Positions 8,981 through 16,180 of a stretch of 28,513 nt of DNA are shown in pieces. The stretch's first letter is position 1. Every line of letters begins with the position of its first letter. Origin of the DNA: a virus. Its lineage: Duplodnaviria > Caudoviricetes. The DNA lies in the IMG/VR virus record IMGVR_UViG_3300027785_000107, positions 1 through 28,513 of that record, one strand, 5' to 3'. Under the pieces are notes generated by a model. It was not told the origin of the DNA and searched no databases. It worked only from the letters and a program-made list of their open reading frames with translations. The translations under genes were made by a program, and so were the position numbers.

Positions 8981-9018
8981 AGAGAAAAGGGAAAGCGGCC
9001 AGCCATAAGCCAGCCGCT
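8981..9018 (-). terminator. Probable leaky terminator after the major capsid gene
   Basis: Minus strand AGCGGCTGGC-TTATG-GCTGGCCGCT (includes G-U pairs), then TTCCCTTTTCTCT. Confidence 0.65.
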
Positions 9019-9023
9019 CAAAC

Positions 9024-10178
9024 TTAGTCAGCAACGCCTGACGAATAGACCGTCACGATGCCCTGCTGCTTCGAAGCCGAGGACGACCCGGTTCCGAAAT
9101 GCAGCTTGGCAATGCCGCGCAGTTCTTCGATGGCAACACCGGGACGGAACTTGTAGTCCGCCGTCATGTCGGTGATCGGCATCGGTTCCTGACCCCAAAC
9201 CACGCCCATCGCCTGCTGGCCGCAGAGGAAGCCGGGCTCAACCGGAATGGACGAAGCACCAGCCGCAGCGAAGATGCTCGACGTTGTGATGAGCGTCGAA
9301 ATCTCTTCAATCTGGCGGATGATGACGCCGTCAATGATGAGGTCGCCGTCCTGGAACAGCGGGTTGTTGTCCATGCCGTTGCCTTCACGTGCGCGAGCGT
9401 CACGGTTGGCGTTTGTCATGTTCGAATCAGTCTTGAGGTCGCGGAACGCGCGAGCGCCCACGAACATCACGAAGTACTCGCGCCCATCTTCCAGACGGAA
9501 CGGACGAATTGCAGGTGACGCATTCTTCGCCATGCGCTTGGCAAGGCTGATCTGCGCGACCGTCAACTTGTCGTTCGTGCTGTCGACGTTCGCCAGACCC
9601 GTTGCATGGGTTGCCGAGTAGTTCGACGTAGCCGCACCGTAGAGGATGCGGTCAGAGTTGGCAGCGGACCACGTGTTGTAGTTCGCAGCCGTTGCACCCG
9701 TGACAACGACGTTGCCGTCAGTGTCAACGATGTCAACCGCCGGAATGCTCGACGTGGTGACCGTGGGGCCAGCCATGTACTTGATCATGTCGGCACGGAG
9801 CGTGTCGGCAGACCAGAGCTTGAGCATGTCACGACCAGCGTTCAGCAGGTCGATCTCGGTCTTGTACGACGTGGACTTCGGCACCTTTACGGCGTTACGA
9901 ATCCAGTCAACCGAGATGGCGCAGTTGTAGTTGCCAAGCTGCTCTTCCTTGCCGTCCAGCACGCCAGAGCCACGAACGCCAGCGGCGTTGAGCTTGGTGA
10001 TGAGCGGAATGTTGAGCGTCTTGCCAGCTTCGCTGGCCAGTTCATACATGGTGCAGATGACCGAAGTCTTCTTGCGGCCCATGTAAGGAAGAAAGCCAGA
10101 CTCGCGAACGTATTCTGCGAGGTAGTCCTTGGACCAAACTTGTTTTTCCAAGGCAGATGAAAGGGCTGTCTCAGCCAT
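9024..10178 (-). CDS. Major capsid protein (DUF4043 / N4-gp56-like HK97 fold), 384 aa
   Basis: 'GKTLNIPLITKL...GVRGSGVLDGKEEQL', 'IRNAV' and 'NNPLFQDGDLIIDGVII'. It follows the scaffold gene. Confidence 0.9.
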   Translation of the reverse strand: MAETALSSALEKQVWSKDYLAEYVRESGFLPYMGRKKTSVICTMYELASEAGKTLNIPLITKLNAAGVRGSGVLDGKEEQLGNYNCAISVDWIRNAVKVPKSTSYKTEIDLLNAGRDMLKLWSADTLRADMIKYMAGPTVTTSSIPAVDIVDTDGNVVVTGATAANYNTWSAANSDRILYGAATSNYSATHATGLANVDSTNDKLTVAQISLAKRMAKNASPAIRPFRLEDGREYFVMFVGARAFRDLKTDSNMTNANRDARAREGNGMDNNPLFQDGDLIIDGVIIRQIEEISTLITTSSIFAAAGASSIPVEPGFLCGQQAMGVVWGQEPMPITDMTADYKFRPGVAIEELRGIAKLHFGTGSSSASKQQGIVTVYSSGVAD

Positions 10179-10190
10179 AGCAGTGTGTCC

Positions 10191-10973
10191 TTATTTGAAC
10201 ACTGCGTTGAACGCTTCCCCCGGTCCGACCGGAACGTTCGAGGTCTTACCCCCGGCGCTTGGTGCGGATGCGAGTGAAGGTCTAGGCAGTGTCGATGGTT
10301 GGGAATGTCCCGACACACCTGCGCTCTGTGGCTGCGTGGTTCCGGCTTTCACGTATCCATTAGCCTCGGCCCATTTCTGTGCCCAATGCTCTGGATCGTC
10401 GTCGCCGATCTTCTGCAGTCGTAGAGTTCGCTGGTGCTGCGAGACCACGTAATCGTAAGGGTCGGGCTGACGTTGGATTTGCTGCCAAATGCCGGGGTTC
10501 TGCTGCAGTTCAGACTGCAACCATTCCTCGGCGGCTTTGACTTTGTCGGCTCCATGATGCCGCGTAGCAGCAACAAGGCTGGCATTCGTGATTGCGTCCC
10601 AACGAACACGCTCTATGCGTTCGTTAAGTGAGCGTTCGAAGGCTTCTGGATCTGCGATGGGGTCCAGTGCCTGGGGAGGGCGACGTGTCGCCTCCTCATA
10701 CTTGCGCCGGAGTTCTTCGTTTTCACGTTCGAACCTTTGGCGTTTCTCGCGCTCGTCCAGAACTGCGGCTATCGGAATGTATCCAGACTGCGGCTGTACG
10801 GGCGCGCTGACCGGCTGCGATAGTGCTGGTTCCAGTGTCGGGGCGGGCTGCTCTGCAGGCGGCACCGATGCAGGCGGTGGGGCTTCCACGGGCTGCGAAT
10901 CTTGTTTAGACGCAAATCTTCCAGTGTCGTCTCTTGGTTGGTCCAAGAACGACAGCTTGTCATCCTCTGTCAT
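10191..10973 (-). CDS. Capsid scaffolding protein, 260 aa
   Basis: 'PRDDTGRFA' motif, Pro-rich linker and coiled coil 'IPIAAVLDEREKRQ'. Immediately upstream of the capsid gene. Confidence 0.8.
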   Translation of the reverse strand: MTEDDKLSFLDQPRDDTGRFASKQDSQPVEAPPPASVPPAEQPAPTLEPALSQPVSAPVQPQSGYIPIAAVLDEREKRQRFERENEELRRKYEEATRRPPQALDPIADPEAFERSLNERIERVRWDAITNASLVAATRHHGADKVKAAEEWLQSELQQNPGIWQQIQRQPDPYDYVVSQHQRTLRLQKIGDDDPEHWAQKWAEANGYVKAGTTQPQSAGVSGHSQPSTLPRPSLASAPSAGGKTSNVPVGPGEAFNAVFK

Positions 10974-10987
10974 TCGTTTCCTTGAGT

Positions 10988-11202
10988 GTCGCCCGGTGAA
11001 GCCCGGCGGCGGCTATGCAACGCCCTTAACGATGGCGGCTCGTCATGCCCTGCTATTGCAGCGGGGAATTTCTTACTTGGTCGCAGACCCTTCCTGCGCT
11101 TGCTGGGGATGCCCACGCGACCCGTTGACTTGCCTCGCTCGACCCATACGGACCCGTGGGTGTCATAGCTAGGGTGTCCCTCCACCCCGTCCCAAGTAAT
11201 TC
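10988..11202 (-). ncRNA. Candidate structured RNA / scaffold leader
   Basis: 8-bp closing stem (11073-11080 with 11192-11199) around several hairpins, then three further hairpins before the scaffold SD. See findings. Confidence 0.45.
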
Positions 11203-11673
11203 CTACGCTGCGAACAGCAGCAATTCCTCTTCGTCCTCGTCCATGTCGCGTAGCCGTTTGGCCTCCGCGCGGATGAGGGCGTAAAACTCGTTTATCTCCC
11301 TGAGCGCCTTTTGCATGGCGTCCAGTTCAGCAAGCTGCAGCGCGAGCCTTGCGGCCTCTAGCGCCTCTTGTGCCTGCTCTCGTATCTCGACAGGGGCTTG
11401 TGCAAGGGGGGCCTCTGCCACCTCCTCGACAAACTTGACCACGTCCCTGCGTTGGTCGCGGCGTTTGTTGCGCTTCTTGTAGTAGTACGGATCCCAGCCA
11501 ATGACTGAGCCGCCCGTCGCAGCCGCTGCTGCTTGGGTAAGCGTTGCAGTGACGCTGCCAGAGCCAGACAGGCTGGCAGACATCGCGCCAGCGGCTTGCT
11601 CGCCCCCTTGGAAATACCGCCCCGGAAAGTAGTTGTCGGGAAAGTATCGGTTAGGGAAATGGTCCCCGCTCAC
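11203..11673 (-). CDS. Hypothetical protein, 156 aa ([HY]FP repeats, basic patch, coiled coil, acidic tail)
   Basis: Last gene of the portal-scaffold insert. Contains 'HFPNRYFPDNYFPGRYF' and ends 'DEDEEELLLFAA'. Confidence 0.7.
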   Translation of the reverse strand: MSGDHFPNRYFPDNYFPGRYFQGGEQAAGAMSASLSGSGSVTATLTQAAAAATGGSVIGWDPYYYKKRNKRRDQRRDVVKFVEEVAEAPLAQAPVEIREQAQEALEAARLALQLAELDAMQKALREINEFYALIRAEAKRLRDMDEDEEELLLFAA

Positions 11674-11676
11674 GGT

Positions 11677-12516
11677 TTAGCTGTCCGTGAGGTCGTAGGT
11701 AATCGCGCTTCTGTTGCCGTCGCCGTCCACTGTGGCGATGATTCGCTGCTTGTCGTCAACGATGGCGTTCCTGATCGTAATCGTGGTCGTAGCCGCGCCG
11801 CTGATCTTGCCTGCCGTTGCCGCTGCAATGAGCCGAAGCGCGTGACGCACCGTCAGCCCCTCTTCGACACCGTTCACAGCGTCCAGAATGGCGTTTGCGA
11901 CGTTACCCGTGGTCAGCACATCGCCCGTCACGTTGATGGCTGCTGCAAGCGTGCCAAGAGCCGTCAGGACCGTGGTCCCGGCTACCGTGCCCTCGCCCTC
12001 TACAGCCGCTGCTAGGTGGCCGATAGCGGTTAACTGAGCCGTTGCCCCGCCTGAGCCTGACAGGGCCGCAGCGAGGTTCAAGAACGCCTTCAGGTCAGCG
12101 CCTGAGATCGTGCCAGAGCCGCCGATAGCAGCCTGGAGACTGATGACTAGCTGGCCAACAGCAGTCAGCGTGCCCGTTCCAGCAATCACAGCCTCGGCAT
12201 TTTTCCCGCCTGCAATGGCCGCTGTAAGGTCACCTTCTGCGAGGATGGTCCGACGTGCTGCCATGCCGCCCGCTTTGATGGGCAGGACCCATGAAATCGG
12301 GTTAGCCGCACCTGTCGGGAAGCCATTCTTGTTTGCAATGCTAGCGCCTGAGACAACAGTCGCTTCGCCTGCGTAGAAGTTATTCAGCGCGCCCTTTCCC
12401 GTGAAACTGCCACGGTGGACGCTTGACGTGCTGGGCGTCGTTATTGCCGTGCTTTGCCCAAAGAGTTGCCTCATCGGGTTGCACGCCAAGCGGTGGCCGT
12501 TCGAGATCAGCGCCAT
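11677..12516 (-). CDS. Fibre-like structural protein with ~20-aa Ala/Gly repeats, 279 aa
   Basis: Repeats such as AAIGGSGTISG, AALSGSGGATA and AAVEGEGTVAG, plus a compact C-terminal domain. Confidence 0.6.
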   Translation of the reverse strand: MALISNGHRLACNPMRQLFGQSTAITTPSTSSVHRGSFTGKGALNNFYAGEATVVSGASIANKNGFPTGAANPISWVLPIKAGGMAARRTILAEGDLTAAIAGGKNAEAVIAGTGTLTAVGQLVISLQAAIGGSGTISGADLKAFLNLAAALSGSGGATAQLTAIGHLAAAVEGEGTVAGTTVLTALGTLAAAINVTGDVLTTGNVANAILDAVNGVEEGLTVRHALRLIAAATAGKISGAATTTITIRNAIVDDKQRIIATVDGDGNRSAITYDLTDS

Positions 12517-12710
12517 CAGGCTTCAGGCTCTGTTACTGGTGGGTCATTCAAGACGATCTGAGCCGCAAGCGTTGCGTGGTAGTAGTCCCCGTCGCAATTC
12601 TCCATGAGCCAAGCGACGTGTTCCGGCGTCAAATCATTGGCCCCGACGCTGTCCATGTATTGCCTAAGCACACCCTCCCACATGGCGACGAGTTGCTTGG
12701 CGGATGGCAT
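12516..12710 (-). CDS. Hypothetical protein, 64 aa
   Basis: Fills the gap, with a TGATG overlap to the next gene. Confidence 0.6.
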   Translation of the reverse strand: MPSAKQLVAMWEGVLRQYMDSVGANDLTPEHVAWLMENCDGDYYHATLAAQIVLNDPPVTEPEA

Positions 12711-12713
12711 TGC

Positions 12714-13868
12714 TCAGTTCCAGCCGAAGTCAATTGCGAACGTGAATGGCGAGTTCGTTGTCGTCGCGGCGGTACTCATCAGCATCCACTGCAAGCACGC
12801 GCCGTCCATGACTTGCGGCAGGCTCGGCAATTGGTTGACCAGATCGCGCTCTGACCACATGCCGGTCACGGGAAGCGCAAGGTCCAGCAGTGGCTTGCAG
12901 ATGGCGAGGGCGACCACGCCCGTGCCGGTGTAAGCCGTGCCGCCTGACCATGTGAAACTGTCAATGCGCCGGATGCCAGTGTCTCCGCCCTGTTTCGGCA
13001 GGAACGGCCCATAACGGTTGGCAGCGTTTGATGAGTGCAGGATGCGGGTTGCATATGCATCAGCGGTCGCGTTCATGGTTGGCGTGCCTTGGAAGGCGCG
13101 CGAGCCGGTGCCCGCCGTGTTGGTATATGCCGAAGCCGAGAGTGTCGGGCCACCCGCTGTAGGCTGCGTCTGGCAGACGAACATGGCTTCGCAGCCCACG
13201 CCGTTCGTATATCGCGGCATCTGGATGGTCAGCGTATGCGTGCCGGTGCCTGCGTCGGTGATGTCTACCGCCGTTCCAGCCACATAGTTGGCATAGGACG
13301 AGGCCACCGTTGCAGTCGTCGCCGATGCGCGAATCAGCCAATAGTCGGTTGCAAGCGACAGGCCAGCCGGAAGCGTCGTTGTGGTCGTAAACTGGACCTT
13401 GGTTCCCGACTTCCAGTCGTTTGTATAGGTGATGACGTTGGTCGGGGCGTCAGCCGTGAAGGTGTTCGTGTTGACCAGCGTGCGTGAGCCGGTGCCCGTG
13501 ACGTTGGTCGTGCTCAAGCGGTAGTAGCCTTGCAGGTCGACAAGCTTGATTTGCCAAGGTGCACCCGTCGCTGCCACGACACTCGCGCCTACGTTCAGAA
13601 TGTGCTTGGTCATGGGCGAAACTGCCCCGCCATGCAACAGGCTGAAGTTCGTCGTGCCGTCGCCTACGTTCTCGTCGCAGTTCGACCAGACCAAGTCAGT
13701 GCCTGGAAAGGTCGTTGCTGCGGGATACCCGGTAAGACCAGACAGCAAATGCCAGCCAGCCGTGGCCGTGTGAGCGGGCGCAGTGGTCTTCGCACCGTCG
13801 CGGCGCAGGTACTGACCATCGACCGTGATGGCTTCAATGAGTTGGTCTTGGGAGGCAAAGCCCGCCAT
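12714..13868 (-). CDS. Putative virion protein, 384 aa (paralog A, with an inserted beta domain)
   Basis: Thr/Gly-rich, sharing several ordered motifs with 13872..14741. Confidence 0.7.
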   Translation of the reverse strand: MAGFASQDQLIEAITVDGQYLRRDGAKTTAPAHTATAGWHLLSGLTGYPAATTFPGTDLVWSNCDENVGDGTTNFSLLHGGAVSPMTKHILNVGASVVAATGAPWQIKLVDLQGYYRLSTTNVTGTGSRTLVNTNTFTADAPTNVITYTNDWKSGTKVQFTTTTTLPAGLSLATDYWLIRASATTATVASSYANYVAGTAVDITDAGTGTHTLTIQMPRYTNGVGCEAMFVCQTQPTAGGPTLSASAYTNTAGTGSRAFQGTPTMNATADAYATRILHSSNAANRYGPFLPKQGGDTGIRRIDSFTWSGGTAYTGTGVVALAICKPLLDLALPVTGMWSERDLVNQLPSLPQVMDGACLQWMLMSTAATTTNSPFTFAIDFGWN

Positions 13869-13871
13869 GTT

Positions 13872-14741
13872 TTACGTTCCTTCGTCCCAGATGGTGCGGA
13901 TGTAGCCTGTCAATGTAGACCCGGTCGTATTGCCGGGGTGGTACATCAGGATGTTCAGATAAGCGCCGTCATAGATGCGAGGCGGCGGAGTCAGTTGCGT
14001 GACGAACTCAACCTCCGACATGGTCGAAGCCTCGCGCAGAACGTTTGTCGCCAAGACCTTCACCAGCACGAAGGCAGCAAGGCCGCCGTTTGTCGTGAGA
14101 TACGTGACAGACTTGATGTCCCTGACGCCCCTGTCACCCGCAGCAAGTTCACAAAACGGCCATCCAGAGTTCGCGCCGCCCGATGGCGTCCCCTTCGTCA
14201 CATTTGCCGGGTAAGTGATATTTCCCGATGAGTTACACAAATTCGTCGGGCTGGTTTTCTCCACGCCGTCCTGGTTTGTGTAGACAAAGGTAAAAGTCCC
14301 GCCGCCTGCTGATGTCGATTGCCCGATTGGCATCACCATGACGCCCTCGCCGTCCGTGTAGCGCGGCAGAGTCGCTGTGTTGTCCATCGCCTGCGTTGCC
14401 AACTCGTCAGAGTCCACAAACGGGTAAAACAGCAGGTAGTCCATCAAATGAAGCGGGCCATTTAGGTTCGCGTTCGAAACCATCGCCCCCCAATGCGTCA
14501 GGTACTTCGCAGAAGGAGACTTATTATCCCCGTGGTAAATCCCGCGCGTTCCGTTCAGCGTTGCCGCTTCAAGCGGAGTCGCCGCGTAGAAGTTGGCAGG
14601 GGGACCGCCAGCCGTCATGCTGGTGTCTTGCCAGAAGTTAGACCCCACGCTTGACGTGAAGTTCTTGCGATAATGCGTAACAAGCGAGCGCCCCTCGGCT
14701 TCGGCTTCTGCAAACCGCTTAACCGACCGGAACCCAGCCAT
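13872..14741 (-). CDS. Putative virion protein, 289 aa (paralog B)
   Basis: MAGF start, 'LPRYTDGEGV', 'GDRGVRDIKSVT' and 'PRIYDGAYL'. Confidence 0.7.
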   Translation of the reverse strand: MAGFRSVKRFAEAEAEGRSLVTHYRKNFTSSVGSNFWQDTSMTAGGPPANFYAATPLEAATLNGTRGIYHGDNKSPSAKYLTHWGAMVSNANLNGPLHLMDYLLFYPFVDSDELATQAMDNTATLPRYTDGEGVMVMPIGQSTSAGGGTFTFVYTNQDGVEKTSPTNLCNSSGNITYPANVTKGTPSGGANSGWPFCELAAGDRGVRDIKSVTYLTTNGGLAAFVLVKVLATNVLREASTMSEVEFVTQLTPPPRIYDGAYLNILMYHPGNTTGSTLTGYIRTIWDEGT

Positions 14742-14906
14742 TTAGCTCGCCACCTTGCTCTCGCCGTAAGCCGTGGCGTGCAGGCTAGCCACAATGCCGC
14801 CATTGCACTCGCAGCCGCGTTTAAACTCGTCGCGCTCGCGCTTTACTTCGACGCCGCATTCCTTGCAGGAATATCGGGTCTCTGGCTTTGGTTTCACGTC
14901 AATCAT
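14742..14906 (-). CDS. Small Cys-rich (CxxC...CxC) protein, ~54 aa
   Basis: 'YSCKECG...RGCECNG'. The ATG at 14906 overlaps the HNH stop, and its own stop abuts the next start. Confidence 0.6.
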   Translation of the reverse strand: MIDVKPKPETRYSCKECGVEVKRERDEFKRGCECNGGIVASLHATAYGESKVAS

Positions 14907-15708
14907 CAAGTTCCCTGTGTACGATGCGGCGAGAGCCACAATCAGCGCAGCACATCACTGTGCCCTTGCCGTGCTTGCCCTGCCTTAGCTGCAAATTCTC
15001 TAGTCTGTTGTCGGTGCGGTCGCCGTTGATGTGGTGGACGCTTTCGCTATCCAGAAGCGGCCTTCCAAGGCTTTCAGCCATCACCAAGCGATGCTGCATC
15101 ACGTAGCCGGACCTTGCTGCCATCTGCCAATAAGGCGAGGCGCGGTCCACATGCTGCATGGCATAACCTTGCGCGTTAAAAGCGATACCACCGCGCCAAG
15201 CCGCCGACTGAGCGCCTTTCTTGCCGTGGCGCGTCTCAACGCCGTATTTCCTCAAGACCCGACTAACTACCGTTTGATGGGCCTCGAAAGCCGTCGCGAT
15301 CTGCTGCTGCGACATGCCCAACTGGTACAGGTAGACCATTCTCGCAGCCTCGCCGTCATAGACCCTGCGTCGCTGGCCTCCGTGGTCACGCAACTTGTGC
15401 CCTGCACGCTTGACTGCCGACCGCAGCGCGTACTGGCCTTCGCCGTACTTAGTCTCCAACTGCACCAGCGACATGCCAGCTAAATAGTCGGCCACGACTT
15501 GCGCTTCTACCTCTGCGCTAAACTTGCGCCGAGTTGGCTTTTCGTCAGCCCAGCCAGGAACGTGAATGCCGTTGTCGTGCAGCACCTTATAAACGGTGCG
15601 AGGGGCAACGCCGAGCCGCTTGGCTATCTGCGTTCCGCTTTGCGTTTTCTTGTATTGCTCCATGACCAGAGCAACGAATTCAGGCGTTCTTTTGAGTGGT
15701 TTTGGCAT
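14899..15708 (-). CDS. HNH endonuclease with N-terminal HTH repeats, 269 aa
   Basis: 'GYVMQHRLVMAESLGRPL...VHHINGDRTDNRLENLQL' and three HTH-like blocks (SGTQIAKRLGV, MSLVQLETKYG, MSQQQIATAFE). Confidence 0.88.
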   Translation of the reverse strand: MPKPLKRTPEFVALVMEQYKKTQSGTQIAKRLGVAPRTVYKVLHDNGIHVPGWADEKPTRRKFSAEVEAQVVADYLAGMSLVQLETKYGEGQYALRSAVKRAGHKLRDHGGQRRRVYDGEAARMVYLYQLGMSQQQIATAFEAHQTVVSRVLRKYGVETRHGKKGAQSAAWRGGIAFNAQGYAMQHVDRASPYWQMAARSGYVMQHRLVMAESLGRPLLDSESVHHINGDRTDNRLENLQLRQGKHGKGTVMCCADCGSRRIVHRELDD

Positions 15709-15709
15709 G

Positions 15710-15765
15710 TTGGCTCCATACGGAATAGAGCCAAACTATATACAACTACTGTTCAGTTACGTCAA
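15710..15765 (-). promoter_or_regulatory. Sigma70-like promoter plus SD-sequestering hairpin for the HNH gene
   Basis: TTGACG (15765-15760), 17 nt, TATATA (15742-15737). Hairpin TTGGCTCTAT-TCCGT-ATGGAGCCAA (15734-15710) contains GGAG. Confidence 0.6.
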
Positions 15766-16180
15766 GGCTTCCGGCAGCGAACTGTGGCTGAATGCCGTTG
15801 GCCACCGCAAGGCTTGAGGTCAGCGCGCCTGCGTACAGGACCAACCCCGTGCCGCTCGCTCCCGTGCCGATAGCGACGTGTGTCAGCGTAGCGCCCGAAG
15901 CGCCGCACTGGGCAAACTGCGCCAAGGCTGCGTTAGCCGTCGCACCGCCTGATGGGACATCCCAGCCTGACGTGGTGCGGACGATAGCGATGCGGGCATA
16001 GTTCGTGTAGCTCGTCTCGTTGGTCGTCTGCGAGCCACCGACACCCGGGTCTGCCGTGTGCAGCGACAGGTAGAGGTTTGTGGCAGGGCTGGAGCTATCG
16101 TTTTCAGCGATGTCAGCCCATGCCGTTGCGTTGAAGATAAGCGCCAGGATTGAGTTGCTGGCTGAAGTGGATTTAGGCAT
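15746..16180 (-). CDS. Conserved phage structural protein, 144 aa
   Basis: 'NLYLSLHTADPG...NETSYTNYARIAI' motif, which I recognise from many phage virion modules. Coupled to the portal stop. Confidence 0.7.
   Translation of the reverse strand: MPKSTSASNSILALIFNATAWADIAENDSSSPATNLYLSLHTADPGVGGSQTTNETSYTNYARIAIVRTTSGWDVPSGGATANAALAQFAQCGASGATLTHVAIGTGASGTGLVLYAGALTSSLAVANGIQPQFAAGSLDVTEQ

Noticed and set aside
10970-11185. 71-aa minus-strand ORF in the scaffold leader
   Set aside because: No recognisable motif and weak start context. The region is better explained as structured RNA, though coding is not excluded.
11073-11199. Possible tRNA or hammerhead ribozyme
   Set aside because: No T-arm GTTCRA or tRNA-sized cloverleaf, and no CUGANGA/GAAA core.
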